Assembly (NCBI RefSeq): GCF_006345805.1
Contig: NC_043001.1
Location: 133,486,001-133,550,000, forward strand
Origin: Octopus sinensis
Lineage: Eukaryota
Length of the DNA stretch: 64,000 nt
Direction: 5' to 3'
Shown: positions 37,736 to 51,972 of the stretch, in pieces
Layout: every line of letters begins with the position of its first letter
Position numbering within the stretch: the first letter of the stretch is position 1
The notes under the pieces: generated by a model
Told to the model about the DNA's origin: nothing
The model's input: only the letters and a program-made list of their open reading frames with translations
The model's database searches: none
Position numbers and translations under genes: made by a program

Positions 37736-38477
37736 TACAGAAAGAGAAATTGAGAATGGGGGAGTAGATGTATATATGTATTGGAGTTTGTATATATTTA
37801 AGGTTCAGCTTTAGGTGCTTTTGGTGCTATTTTTCTAATGCTGTTATTCTGGGGTCAAACTGCTTTACTATTTGCTTCAGATGAAAAACAAAGCTACACA
37901 TTTGAATAGAGATGAGACTGGATGAGCTTCATGCCTTTTTCCCAAAGGCATTGCTGGAGTAAGTGAATCAAGTTGCTTTAGTTCAGGCTAGTACTGAAAG
38001 TTTCCCAACAAACTTAACCCTTACTTCACACCAGTCACATTATGTGTAACTAATCTTAGAAACATGATACAATTCAATAAAAGATAGAATTACCTCAGAT
38101 TGAAACTCACAGTTCACAAGTCTGTTTTTAATTTAATTATATGTTTTCAAACCAAATATTTTTGTAATTTTAGTTTCCTTATGCACTTCCACAGAAAATT
38201 AATTCAGTAATTTGTTTCAATGTTATTTTAACTTTATGGCAATATCATAGGTTTTTCAGTATGCCCTCATTAGATATTTCATAGAAATATTAATTGGTGT
38301 GATTTCGGATAATTTTTTTGCATGTTGGGGAAAGAGAAGGGCTTTCAATCAGATGGAGGTAGAGCAAGCATCCATGACTCTTTTGTAGTGTCTCCATTAT
38401 TTGTAGGAGAAAGGAACAAAATTATTCTGAGGTTAGAGACTTAAAAGCAAGGGGACCAAGTAATTTTATATGTCTCT

Positions 38478-38904
38478 CTTTTACTCTTTTACTCTTTTAC
38501 TCTTTTACTTGTTTCAGTCATTTGACTGCGGCCATGCTGGAGCACCACCTTTAACCGAGCAACTCGACCCCGGGACTTATTCTTTTGTAAGCCCAGTACT
38601 TATTCCATCGGTCTCTTTTGCCGAACTGCTAAGTAACGGGGACATAAACACACCAGCATCAGTTGTCAAGCAATGCTAGGGGGACAAACACACTTACACA
38701 AACACACACACGCATATATATATATATATATACATATATAAGACAGGCTTCTTTCAGTTTCCGTCTACCAAATCCACTCACAAGGCTTTGGTCGGCCTGA
38801 GGCTATAGTAGAAGACACTTGCCCAAGGTGCCACGCAGTGGGACTGAACCCGGAACCATGTGGTTGGTAAACAAGCTACTTACCACACAGCCACTCCTGC
38901 GCCT
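38478..38904 (-). mobile_element. SINE family A, full length
   Basis: Head, body and tail as above. Confidence 0.92.
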
Positions 38905-39187
38905 ACCACCCAAACACAAGGTGACTCCTATGACAGGATTCCTCAAGGTGTCTGTCTAATAAATTTCACTGGCAAGACTTTGGTCACTCTGAGCCTATAA
39001 TAAAAGATTCTTGTCTATAGGTGCAAGTGTAAGAAGAGGTAAGAAGTTTACTTTCCAATCACATGGTTCTGAGTTCAGTTGCACTCTGTGGTACCTTTGG
39101 CAAGTGTTTTCTGCTATAGCCTCAGACTGACCAAAGCCTTGTGAGTAGATTTGGTTGACAGAAACTGAAAGAAGCCCGTCTTATATA

Positions 39188-40290
39188 CACCCAGAACCGT
39201 GGTATTAGCTTAGGAGTGAAATTTAGGATTTCTTGGTTTTCTCTGAATCGATTTTGATAAAACCTTTCCCAGTTGGTTTTCACACTATGGCAACACCATT
39301 GTTATGTCTTCATTATTCTGTGTAACGTCCTTTCTTTTTTTTATTTCAGATTCTTCAGTTTTGGGGTGAATCATTCCAATAGTGTCTCTCCTCTCTAGAA
39401 CAATGGGATGTGGAAAAGGCCTTAACAAGGAAGAAAAGAAGAAAAGTCTGTGATCATAAAGGAAAGTGCTAAAAGCACCTCTCTTCATGTCATTGCAGAA
39501 AAATTAAGTCATCATGTGGACCCTTCATCAACGAAGAAACAATCTGATTGCGGAACCTCCAAGACTGTGATAGCTAGGGATTTGAGGAATTTTGGTTGCA
39601 AGTTACATGGGAAACCTGGGTAAACAAGCATAACAATTTTCACCACCTCTGGACTTCTTTATGTACTGAAAACCGCCAGAAATTGCATCCAGGGTGACTC
39701 TTCACAGATCTGATGGTTGGGCAAATGGTTGAGTCTATTTTGAAGATGAGCATCACCAACATTTACGACATCAACAACAGAGAGGAGGACTCATTTTGTG
39801 GGCTGGTATCATTGGGAACAAACTTGTTGGCCCAGTGAGGGTGCCTGAAGGGGTTAGAGGGATCTCAGCCACCTACTGCAATCTCCTGAAGGAGGTCTTG
39901 GATCCCTGGTTAGATGACATACCACTGTCAATTCTAAAGAATCTCATATTCATGCATGACAACACCCCCCTCCCACTCTGTTAAGACCACCCAAACATTA
40001 CCAGGATCTTACAGTATACAAAGTGAAAGGTTGATGGTGTGGCCACCAGCATCTCCATATCTCAACCCTACAGAAAATCTTTGGTCCATCATTAAACAAG
40101 ATATTTATGCCAATGGACGCCAATTTACATCGAAAGATGCCTTATGGGTAACCATCAAAGCTGCAGTAGAGATAGTCCAACCTGCTACTATTAAGAAATT
40201 GACAGATTCCATTTTTGAAGAAGTTATCCATCAAAATGGCATTCGTGTGGCCAAATAATTCTTTATGTCAATAAATGTTATAATATTATT
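39188..40290 (+). pseudogene. Tc1-family transposase remnant
   Basis: MWAGI..., FMHDN, WPPASPYLNPTENLWSIIK; frameshifted. Confidence 0.85.
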
Positions 40291-40329
40291 ATGGTTTTCT
40301 ACTTTTTGCTTCTTAAGTCCAGTAGGATT

Positions 40330-42130
40330 TGTTGCTTGTAGGTTTTATTTTTTGTACTAGCAAGGAGTCCTTACTGGATTCGGGGTTTCTTGTCTGCCTT
40401 GCAGTGGAGATATGTGTTTTCTCACATAATTGTGAGAAATTATTTTTTACCCGTGGATTATTGGCCAGGAGTACCTTTTCGGCCGAAAATTTATTTCTTT
40501 GCCTGGATTTGAACTCTCTTCTTCAAAGCTTTCATTTATTTAAAAAAAAAAGAGAGAACTTTTATTGAACTGTTATTTTTATTTTATTTCTTCTCTTCTG
40601 TTGTGTCTTTCCTTCTTCTTTTTTTGTGTCTTTTTTATTTTTTACATTTTTGAACTGTATTTGAACTTTGTGTTGAAATGGCAAAGGAATTTATGGTGTG
40701 GGACTTAACACTTCCCAAAAAATGGTTAAAAGAGCTTTAAAGGAAGACAGTGGTGTTGAGGACTTATTCAAAGTCGCTCGACACCATAGCCGTCTTCCTG
40801 AGGGCCACAATTTTGAATGAGCTGGCAGATTACATGCCAGCCATTAACTTTATTTCACGGGGAGTCAAGTATGCAACGGTCTGGTTGCTATTTGACTCCA
40901 CCCAAGAAGCTTGCGATTTTGCAAGTCAGCTCCTCGAGGGCGAGGAAATAATGTTTCTTCCAAGTTACTGTGAAAAGAAATTATTGAGAGCTTGGATCTG
41001 CGGTTTGCCACCCGGAGTTGAGCCCGAGTGGATAGAGGACTCTATCCGCCGGGGTCTGGGTAGTAGCAGTACCAAGTTGCTCAATGTGATTGGGAGGGGT
41101 CAAAAGCTGTTTTGATCCTATGGACCCAATCAGCCGAAAGTCTGGGCTTTCCAGATTTTTTGAGGATGGCTGGGTCTAGGTATCCGGTGATGCTTGAGGG
41201 ACGCCCCCCCCCTCCAAGTGTCACCTGTGCCTGGAGACTGGCCACATTAAGAAAAACTGCCCCAAGGACCAAAATAGGATCCGGGAGCAGTTAATAGTGG
41301 AATCTCTCCTTACTCCCTCAATGAAGGGAGAGAAGGAGGAGGATGACGAGGAGGTTTCTACATCCTCAAAAAGACGAAAACAAAAGGTGGGCAACAATGG
41401 TTGCCCACTGGAGGACCCGAGGGCTGCAGGAGAAAAGGAGGACCTGTTGCGTGCATCACAGGAACCTCACCCTCTCGCGGCCCAAGGGAAAAAGAAATAA
41501 AGAAAGAAGCAAAACGGGACATCGCTGGTGGGGTGTGACACGCTGCCGGCATGTCCCAATTCTCCTCCGGCGGGTGTGCCGCTGGAGGATGAATATGTGG
41601 TCCTCTTCCACAAAGGAGAAACCATAGAAAACGAAGTAAAGAAAATGGAAAGGAGGGGCCGATGGGAGGGACTTCTTCCCTGCACGGAGGATCCTGAGTG
41701 GCCTTCGCAGGTGGCTGCGGAGGTCCTATGGGATAGTGATCTGTGCAGGATCATGAATTCCTTCCCGGAGGACTCCTATAAATTTAGACCTGTGTGGTCC
41801 GGCCTGGAACCGGGTGCATGCTTCAATGAAGCAAGGATACTGGTCGGCCGGATAACCTGAACGAGTCTAGAAAAATGTGAGACATGTGACTTTTTGTGTG
41901 TTTTTCTGAACATTGTGTTATTTAAGTAAGAGGTTTATTGCCTCATTGTGTTTTGGGGGGAAAAAGGAAAAAAGAACATTGTTTTAGAGAAGCGAAAGTT
42001 GGCGGGTGCTTTTCGACTTCTCCCATCATCATCATTTTTGCATCACCATCATTCATACCATTAATGTCCATGTCCAGCCCGCAAAGCTTCCATCTGTGTA
42101 ATGCCCTTGTGGCAAATTATATGAAATAAA
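40330..42130 (+). mobile_element. ORF1-only (HAL1-like) LINE derivative
   Basis: Degenerate ORF from ATG 40678 to TGA 41860 with an RRM-like segment (RGVKYATV...ICGLPPGV) and a CCHC knuckle CHLCLETGHIKKNC near 41220-41265. Then ~270 nt UTR and the LINE-type tail; no RT. Confidence 0.72.
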
Positions 42131-42812
42131 GAAGCTTGCTTCCCAACCACATGATTCTGGGTTCAGTCCCACAGTGTGGTACTTTCAGCAAGTGTCTTCT
42201 ACTGTAGCCTCAGTTCAACCAAAACCTTGTTTGTGGATTTGGTAGACAGAAACTAAAAGAAGCCCATCATGTGTGTATGTGTCTTTTTGTCTATGTTTGT
42301 CCCATACCTATTTCTTTACAACTGTTGCTGATGTGTTTACATCCCTATGACTTAGAGGTTCAGCTAAAGAGACTGATAGAATAAGAACCAGGCTTTAAAA
42401 GATAAATACTGGGATTGATACATTTGACTAAAAATTCTTCAAGGCAGTGCTCCAGCATGGCAGCTATCTAATGACTGAAACAAGTAAAAGATAAAGGAAA
42501 GGCTAACTAATTTTCCTGGACACCATTTTACTTGTCCTTCTTCTGAAGGAAGAGTTTTTTGGTTTATACTTCTCACTACTTCTACCACCATCACTCACAC
42601 TTCTCCTTTCTCTCCACAGCTGCTTTTCTTCTTTCTTCTTCCTCCCATTATTAACTTCCATCCCCTTCACACACACTGTACTCAATTCACACCACCACTC
42701 TCTGGTAGTCCACTCTCAAACCTCCCTCCCCTTCTAATAACTAAATATTTTCTAGGAAATGTTTAACCTTACTCAAACATCTAACAGTCTTTGAGTGCAT
42801 TTGGGTGTTTAA

Positions 42813-43648
42813 CCCCTTAATGAACCAATTATTTTGACATGGCATTTCATTTCAGAGCATATTTTTTATTTCCTTTCTTAATTATATACACTGTGCTAAT
42901 TACAAAAAAACGCTTTTTTATCTTGTTTCCTTTATTTTTTATTATAGAAATTAAAATGTACTTTTACTCATTTGGATTTAAACAAGTTAACTCGGACATT
43001 GAAAAAATACATATAAACTTAATTATCTTCAATTTTTTTATAAGATGTATTGCTTTTAAAACAAAGGAAATTTTTTTAAATATGAGATAGTTTATTTAGA
43101 ATGATAATCTTTAAAACAAGGAGTTACACAAAATTATCTTGCAGACATCACACATGTATCTGCTTTCTCTTTGAATCTTCTTTCCTTTAGCGTCTCTCTT
43201 CTCTGCACATTTTGCATACTGTCTTGTAGGGTTCTTTTTCTTATCACTTGATGGTATTTCCATGGGAAAGTGGCCAGCTGGGGCAAATCTTGTTGGATGT
43301 GGGATCAATGATGGTCTTCCTGGTTTCGTGAGAGGCAATAAGGGCCTATATTTTTCAATAATCTTGGTGATTACTTGCATTCTAAATTTCAGCAGTTTCA
43401 TACCAGAAGCTGAAGTTTCCAAAGATGCTTTATACAAAACATAAGCATTCCAGATAGCCAAATCCATCAAATGATGGATTTTAAACAACGCGAGTAAATT
43501 CGTGATTGCTCAAAAATGAAACAACACAAAACAAATAAACTCGTTTGAGTGCTAAAATTGAAAGTTAATTTTGACCGAGTATACTCGTCTGGTTCTAAAA
43601 AAATACATTTGCGATGTACGAGTAAACTCGGGATAATCCATTAAGGGG
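42813..43648 (-). mobile_element. Internally deleted piggyBac element
   Basis: TTAA TSDs at 42809-42812 and 43649-43652, TIR CCCCTTAATG, subterminal GAGTAAACTCG repeats. 43111-43488 encodes the transposase C-terminus with Cys-rich domain. Confidence 0.9.
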
Positions 43649-43890
43649 TTAATATGTGTCTTCCATGCTGTGATTGCTTGAGTTTCAATACAGTCTCAGA
43701 TCAAGTCACTTGCTAGGCAAGAATGTCTCCAAAATTTTCTATTAATGTTTTATAATTTACATATAATTTACATAACGTCCGCTAGCATGGAGAACGGACG
43801 TTAAACGACGATGATGATATATTTAAAGAACCTTCTGGAAGTGCTGTGCTGTTACCCCAGTTCTTTATATTAAATTAAGTTGTCAGATAA

Positions 43891-44280
43891 ATCATCATTT
43901 AGCGTCCGCTTTCCATGCTAGCATGTGTTGGACGGTTCAACTGGGGTCTGTGAAGCTGGAAGGCTGCATCAGGCCCAGTCTGATCTGGCAGTGTTTCTAC
44001 GACTGGATGCCCTTCCTAACGCCAACCACTCCGTGAGTGTAGTGGGTGCTTTTTATGTGCCACCCGCGCAGGTGCCAGACGGAGCTGGCAAACGGCCACG
44101 AACGGATGGTGCTTTTACGTGCCACCGGCACGGGGGCCAGGCGAGGCTGGCAACGGACACGAGCGGATGGTGCTTTTACGTGCCACCGGCACGGGGGCCA
44201 GGCGAGGCTGGCAACGGACATGAATGGATGGTGCTTTTACGTGCCACCGGCACGGGGGCCAGACGAGGCTGGCAACAGAC
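43891..44280 (-). mobile_element. SINE-like family D ((GAT)n tail, internal 61-bp repeats)
   Basis: (CAT)n-TTTAGCGTCCGCTTTCCATGCTAGCATG...GGATGCCCTTCCTAACGCCAACCACTCCG, followed by tandem 61-bp units. Confidence 0.85.
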
Positions 44281-44639
44281 AAATGTATTCTGTTTTTATT
44301 TATTTATATTTTTTTTTGTCATCTATTTTAATCCTTTCCAGAGTTATTTGAATTAATACAAAAAAGAATAATTACAGTTGTTTTTTTTTCTGTTGTTCTA
44401 TATTTTCTCTTCGACTTTGTTTATTGATTTTGAAATTTGAATTAATTTTGCCTCTTTTCAGACATATGAATTTCAAGTTGGGGAAAAAAAAAAGCAAAAA
44501 AAAATTTCCCTGACTGCCCAATACTTACTAAAACATATGGTTGTACTGTAGACTACTACTCAAGGGGAGAGAATTGCTTCTCAGTTTATTTTTCATATGT
44601 TGAGAAATCAATATATCAAAGAAAGAAAAGCATACATAT

Positions 44640-45040
44640 ACTCTTACTCTTTTACTTGTTTCAGTCATTTGACTGCGGCCATGCTGGAGCACCGCCTTTA
44701 GTCGAGCAAATCGACCCCGGGACTTATTCTTTGTAAGCCCAGTACTTATTCTATCGGTCTCTTTTGCCGAACCGCTAAGTGACAGGGACGTAAACACACC
44801 AGCATCGGTTGTCAAGCAATGCTAGGGGGACAAACACAGACACACAAACACACACATACATATATATACATATATACAACAGGCTTATTTCAGTTTCCGT
44901 CTACCAAATCCACTCACAAGTCATTGGTCAGCCCGGGGCTATAGCAGAAGACACTTGCCCAAGGTGCTATGCAATGGGACTGAACCCAGAACCATGTGGT
45001 TGGTTAGCAAGCTACTTACCACACAGCCACTCCTGCGCCT
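44640..45040 (-). mobile_element. SINE family A, full length
   Basis: Head, body and tail as above. Confidence 0.92.
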
Positions 45041-45494
45041 ACAGCACATGCTAACACAACACCTACAATCAATGCACACCACACAAACAAAAGGTTGAAC
45101 GACATTGATACAAACATATATTTCTATTATTTCTGTTTCTTTCTTTTTTTTTTCATCTTTCATTTTCATGAGATAAGGTCCTTAAAGTCACTAAAAGCAT
45201 TCCTCCTCATGTCTTGACTTGATAGCAACTCCCCATTCCTTTCCTGTTTGAAACACCAGATTCCTGGATTCAGCAATTTTCACTTTTTAATTCTAGCTTT
45301 CTCACCCTTAAACCACCTTGTCTCCCAATATTTTATACTGCCACCCTTTAACTCCTTGCTCTTAATCTATTCTTTCTTTTCCTCCACCCTCATAGACTTC
45401 AGAAATTTTCCCAATAACTTCTCCATCTCACCACCTACATCATTCCCCACTTCAGTTCGAAAGTGACAACAAAGGAGAAATCAAAGTCTTCAGT

Positions 45495-45700
45495 GTGAGT
45501 ATGTGGTTTGTGGGGTCAACCGCGTCCTCCACTTCGTTTTTTGTTAATCACTCATTCTCATTTAATTGTATATATTTTAATTGTTTGTTTATTCATACAT
45601 TTCGTCTCATTCCATACCCTGACCCCCAACGTTTGTTTTGTCTGTCCCCCCTCCGTATTGTCCCCTCTTTTTCTCAACCTTATGGTGAATAAAGAAATTC
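45495..45700 (+). mobile_element. LINE 3' UTR fragment, Tx1-type tail
   Basis: Ends GTATTGTCCCCTC...ACCTTATGGTGAATAAAGAAAT. Confidence 0.55.
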
Positions 45701-46002
45701 TCTCTCTCTGGCTCCCTCCTCCCCATTACATGCTGTCATGATCGGTTGGTGCTTTTTACATGCCACCAGCACCGAAGCCAGTCAAGGCGGTGCTGGCATT
45801 GACCATGTTCGCATGGTGCTTTTTACGTACCACCTACCACCAGCACAGGTATCACAACTACAATTTTCATTTGATTTTTATTTGACGTTGATGTACTTGA
45901 CTCAATAGGTCTCCCCAAGCACAGCAGATCGCCCTACGATGTGTATATATGTATTTATAAATGTGTGTGTGTATATATATGTATATATGTATATGTTAGT
46001 TA

Positions 46003-46775
46003 GTTAGTTAGTTAATTTGGCTCAAAGGCAAATAGCAAGGCCATGTAGGGGGACATGGAGTTAAGTACAGGGTGGTGTTCATGTAAAGAGTTCAGGCCAC
46101 TTGAGGTCCAGGGAGGCTTTGAACAAAGCGGTCGTCGGCATCTTCACCATCTCGTCTGGCAGCTTGTTCCACGGATCCGCAACCCGGACGGAGAAAGCCC
46201 CTCTCCTTCGATTGAGATGAAATCGTCGCAGGTAGAGCTTTTCGGAATGACCCCGCAGCCGACGCTCTGGAGCAGGAGTGAAGAACAGCTCTTTCGAGAG
46301 GTTACACTTTCCGCTTATGATGTTGTGGGTGAGAATGAGATCACAGCGGCGGCGTTTTTCAAGAGAATAAAGGTCGAGCGTCCTCAGCCTTTCTTCGTAG
46401 GACAAATTTTTGAGACCATGAACCATGCGGGTAGCCAGCCTCTGGACTCTTTCGAGATGCTGTATGTCTTTGAGGAGATAAGGAGAAGAGGCTTGAATCC
46501 CATACTCCAGTATGGGTCTCACCAGCGTGACATAGAGTGGTAGGAATATGGCTGCTGTGAGCATTCCGAATGACCGTCGAATCAAGAACAGAATTCCGCG
46601 TGCTTTGTTGGCAGCATGGACGCACTGGGCCGAAGGCGAAAAGGAGGAATCCACCAAGATACCCAGGTCCTTTACCTGATCGGTCCTCTCCAGCAGCAGA
46701 CGACCCGGCTCGAAATCAAGTTGAGTTGCAGGAGTAGAACCGACAGGCAGATGACAGCACTTTGACACGTTCAGA
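46003..46775 (-). mobile_element. 5'-truncated CR1-clade LINE, young
   Basis: 229-aa open frame with KDLGILVD, LVRPILEY, LERVQRLAT, FSVRVADPWNKLP; tail (AACT)n. Confidence 0.92.
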
Positions 46776-47687
46776 CACAGGTCCCAATATATTTATATGT
46801 ATATGTATGTATGTATGTATGTATAAATGTATGTGTGTTTTTTCAGTGTTTACAAATAACATGGAAAAAATAAATAGTTACCAGGGTAGCAAAATTTCAC
46901 ACAAGTACCAAAGATGTAACAGCCTGCTTATAAAGGTAAAAACTCCAGGTTTAGGTGAAATGTTTTTGAATAATATGGATAAATAAATAATAAATAATAA
47001 TATAGATAATTAAATAAATGTAGTTAAAGTATCATAAGAAACAATTCGTTTGGAATGGAATATTATCTCTGTATCTTTTCCATATGATAAAGGTAAATCT
47101 TTTTCTCTGCTTTGTAACAGTGAGAAGTACTTTATTCTGTTCTCAGAGAATCCACTTGTAAACACGTTTACAGAGCATGTTTATCGTTGCAAACACTGGC
47201 AGAAACATACCTTTAGTTCCAATAAATGATTTCTACCATTCTATAAAATTCGACCTTTGGCTGTCTTCTTACATTTCACTTCCACTAAATATATCTGCTT
47301 CCAAGCCTTTAAGATTTATTCCTATTCCCCTATCGCTCTTTATCTCTCAACTATTAGTTTTCTGCTAATTTCTTTCTTTCTCCTCCTTCTCTTTCTATAA
47401 ACTACCTTGCCAGTATCTACTAAGGGGTTTTAAAAAAAACTTGCTAGTGTTCTCTTCATCATATACACGTCATCACATTCTGCTAAAATGTCTTATTGAT
47501 GTGTTTGGTTTCTTTCTTTCCCTCATGAGAAGATTTCATTGTTTTACACCATTTTATTCCTTCTGGAATAATACCAATGTTTTCTTCGAATCATGTCAGA
47601 AGTGAAAAGATTTAAATAACACCTGTATTTAACTCCATTTATTTATTTACCTATCTATCTGTCTATCTAATCTATTTATATATATAA

Positions 47688-48070
47688 TCATCATCATCAT
47701 CATCATTTAACGTCCACTTACCATGCTAGCATGGGTTGGACGATTTGACTAACTACTAGCGAACCAGATGGCCGCACCAGGCTCCAATCTGATCTGGCAG
47801 AGTTTCTACAGCTGGATGCCCTTCCTAACACCAACCACTCTGAGAGTGGAGGGGGTGCTTTTACATGCCACCGGCATGAGGGCCAGTCTGGTGGTATTGG
47901 CAATGGCCACACTTGAAATGGTATTTTTTACGTGCCACCTGCATGCATACCACCTGCACAGGAGTCAGTCCAGCGGCACTGGCAACGACCTCACTCGAAT
48001 GTTTTGTTCACGTGCCAGTAAGATGATGCTGGTAACGATCATGCTCAAATGGTGCTTTTTACGTGCCACA
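47688..48070 (-). mobile_element. Family D copy, diverged
   Basis: Same tail and repeat-unit motifs. Confidence 0.8.
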
Positions 48071-48934
48071 CCACATCCAACCTCCCAATACTACCAACGG
48101 GCTCCAACATTCTTTGTCGAACTGCTCAGAATACCATAGGCAAGCTCAGCAAACCAACTTGCTTAGAGTGGAAGAAGCAGTAGTCAAAGAAATCAGAGGA
48201 GTTGGAAATAACAAACAAAACTGTTGAGTATAACCAAAATACAAGAACTTTAATTAAGAGGCCAATGACATTTATGGAATAAATAAACAGTTCTTTAGAG
48301 AGTTTTTAGAGAGTTCTTTCATTTGCCTCTGAAATGTGTCTGCTTCTTTTAGTGAGCTCTTCTCTTATTCACCAGTCTAATGATTTGTTTTTTATCTTTT
48401 TTTTTATTGGACTGTTGTTACTTCCAAATTCATGGTACCATTCCACATTCTTCATGTTGCCAAGTTCACAATGATTATTTTTGGAGCAAATTCAAAACCT
48501 TCCACCTTACAAAGACACCACTGTTTGCATTCACTAACTCACATTCACTGACGCATTGAACTGACTTACTTACTGACACCAAACTTCATTGACACCAAAT
48601 ACTGTGTCAACTGTTCCACATGAATTGTCCGACACCATCTCACACATCAACTGCTTCACATCAACTGCATGGCACTAGCTACTACATAAGACTGCTCATG
48701 TCTTTCTGCACATCACATATCAATGTTGCACATCATCTTCCGGCAGACTTTGAACCACCTGTTCAACACCATCGCCTCCTGTTCACATCGGCTAACTCAC
48801 CACAAATTAACTAGTAGTCTTTATCATTCACCCACACAGTAAAAAGCATGCCAAAATCACACTGCCTATGCTTTAACCAGTTATGTAACCACAATGAATT
48901 ATCTTTACGTCTTCACTTGCAAAACCAGAAGATC

Positions 48935-49150
<216 letters not shown>

Positions 49151-50529
49151 AAGGTGGGCTTCTACACAGTTTTTGTCTACTAAATTCCCTCACTATGCAT
49201 TGGTTGATTTGAGGTCACAGTCAAAGACACTTGCTCAAGATTCCTGGCAGTGGAACTGAACCTGAGACCAAATGGTTTCAAAGCAAGTTCCTTAAAAAAT
49301 AATCAGTAAATCTTAAATATATTCCATAAGTAATAATTTTAATGGATTACCAAAAAAATTTTTTTAAATAAAATAAAAAAAAGACAGTAAAGATAGCCAT
49401 TGTCTTAGTTTTGACATTTCTGTGAGAAAGTATAAATCCTCCTCTTCTCAGCTAAACTATTAGAAATAGTTGTCAGTAGAAGCATTTATTAAACAATTAA
49501 AAGACATATTTCACAAACAGTCTCTGATGAATAATTGATAATCAGGGATTATCTTCAATAGTGATTTTGTTAAGTAATTAATACAACTAAATATTAGCCA
49601 AAAATTCCTTTGTTTATCATTAAACTTTATTTCTTTATGTAGATATATTGCATTTGTTTAAGTAATTACAAGTAGTCACCGGACTGGAAAAAAAAACACA
49701 AGTATTTGACACAATTTCTTCACAAAAACGAAGACCACCAATGCTGAAGTCATGTAAGAAGATTGTTCTGCCACAAAAAAATACTTCAAGGTTTAAACAT
49801 CTTAAAATAATGTGGGCAAGAACAAGATAACAAGTTTGTTTTAAAATATTTTTTCAGCAGGGAAGTACAAACATGAGATTGAAAACATTAGAAAAATACA
49901 GTTTGAAAATATATTACAATAAATAATAATACATGTAGGCAGGATAGCAGACAAAATAAATATTTTATGAAAGGGCAAAATGATCAGAATAATAAACTTT
50001 CCTCTCTTGGACGAAAACACAATATTAGACTGGTTTACGCTATGATGTACATCATGATATACACTGTGATATACTTTAGAATGTACAGTAAGATGTACAT
50101 TATGATGTACACTATTATGTACACTATGATATGTCATATGATGTACTGTGTGATGTACACTATGACATACATGATGATGTGTCACAAGGTGTACAGAAAA
50201 AAAACTATCATTTGATGTACATTATGGTGAATAGCAAGATGTATGATGTACACTATACTATGTTACACAGTATGACATTCCGTATGAGATGAACGGTGAT
50301 ATACATCGGATATTCAACATGAGCGATGTCCCTAAACAATAAAAGTATCAGAATGTTGCAATTTCGCAAATGACAAAGATATTTGAATCAAAAGAATTGT
50401 TCATCATCAGATTTTTCCTCATTATACATTCTTTATTTGCATTCCAATTGTGATACTTTTTTTCTTTAGATAGCTTCTTTTTTTTTAATTTAATTTCAAG
50501 CCATTTAGTTAAAACTATCCCCAACTCCT

Positions 50530-50744
50530 TCATTTTGGGTTATATGCTGGTTTAAACACAAACCATTCAGTGAGAATACCTGCAATTGGTTCCCATAAGC
50601 AATAAGGTAGATGTGAGTAGAGAAAAGGTATCAAGCGTGATAGAAAGCCTCTGTAGTAAATTTGTTTGGGTTCTGGTGAAAGCAGGCCATCAATCATAGC
50701 TTCATATACTGGAGAGAAGTCACTGGATAATGTGCTGTCAGTAT
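50530..50744 (-). CDS. SDR-family dehydrogenase, terminal coding exon
   Basis: Acceptor ttttcAG|ATACT. In frame: YTDSTLSSDFSPVYEAMIDGLLSPEPKQIYYRG...PAYNPK, TGA at 50532-50530. Resembles the SDR9C-type C-terminus. Possible AATAAA at 50437-50432. Confidence 0.82.
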
Positions 50745-50883
50745 CTGAAAATAACCAAGACAAAATTTTGATGAAATCCTTCCTTCTCATATACAGTTTC
50801 TATTCTTTATGACATTCACATTCATTCAACAACCACAATTACCACACTGTGCCAACAACTTTGCCAGTTTAATTTATTAACAA

Positions 50884-51406
50884 CTAGCAGCATAGCCCGG
50901 CATTGACCGGGTATGTAAGAGCCCCTGGAGCAGACATGATGCTCGCTGTGAATTTTAAAAAAATTCCTGCCAATTTGTGAAAGATATTGTCGAAAATATG
51001 TCATCTTGAATTTGAACGCGATTTCCCAAAATGGCATGATTTTATCGATTTTTTCTGCTGGTAAGGTATTGCATGGAAAACTAACGTCAGAATTAAGTTT
51101 CTTAGGGTAACATTAAGCTTCACCATGAGTTTGGTGAAAATCGATTGCAAGTTGCGAAAACTACAACAGAAAATGTGTTGCAAATAAAAAGCTTAGATTC
51201 TCGACCCCATGTCGAATTTATCAATTTTTTTCAGAACTGGGGGAACTTTTCAAAATTTTCGCTGCGTTAGTTTTGAATTATGACATTGGGCTATGTGTGT
51301 GTCAAGTTTCATCAGAATCGGTTGAAAGCCGTGGTCAGGGTGAGGGTACAACCTGACAGACACACAGACACACAGACAGACAAACTGCCGTTTATATAGA
51401 GAGAGA
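50884..51406 (-). mobile_element. Non-autonomous Helitron in the last SDR intron
   Basis: Minus strand 5' TCTCTCTCTATATAAACGGCAG, 3' CCCGGTCAATGCCGGG...CTAG, A|T target. Confidence 0.87.
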
Positions 51407-51699
51407 TTTTAACTTTCTGCAGCTCAGTACCTCACAGTTTGTTGGGTACTCTTGGCTCTATAGGTACCTGATATGGAGATAATTAAAAACTACCATGAGC
51501 AAATCCTTAAGTTGCTGCCTGTTGTTACTGTTAGTGTTTCTGCTGCTGTTGCTGTTGCTGTTGCTGTTGAGCGAACGGTCTTTGTCCCAGAGCTCGCAAG
51601 ATGGGAGAAGTCCAAAACGTGGTCCTTTGCTATTCGTAAGACCCGCAGAAGGAGAAAACAGGTCACCCCCCCCCCCCCGACACCGAGAGCATCGACGGA

Positions 51700-51799
51700 T
51701 CTGCTGCTGCTGCTGTTGTTGCTGCTACTACTACTGCTACTATTGATATGATTTCTCACATGGATTTTGCTGTTGTTACTTCTGTTGCTGTTGCTGCCG

Positions 51800-51848
<49 letters not shown>

Positions 51849-51896
51849 GTTGTTGTTGTTGTTGTTGTGTTGTTGTTGTGTTGTTGTTGTTGTTGT

Positions 51897-51948
<52 letters not shown>

Positions 51949-51972
51949 GCAGCAGCAGCAGCAGCAGCAGCT
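51700..51972. repeat. Compound (CTG)/(GTT)/(GAT)/(GCA) trinucleotide tract
   Basis: Read directly. Confidence 0.95.

Noticed and set aside
49841-50215. His/Val- or Met/Tyr-rich ORFs
   Set aside because: Product of a degenerate ~12-bp minisatellite; no splice context.
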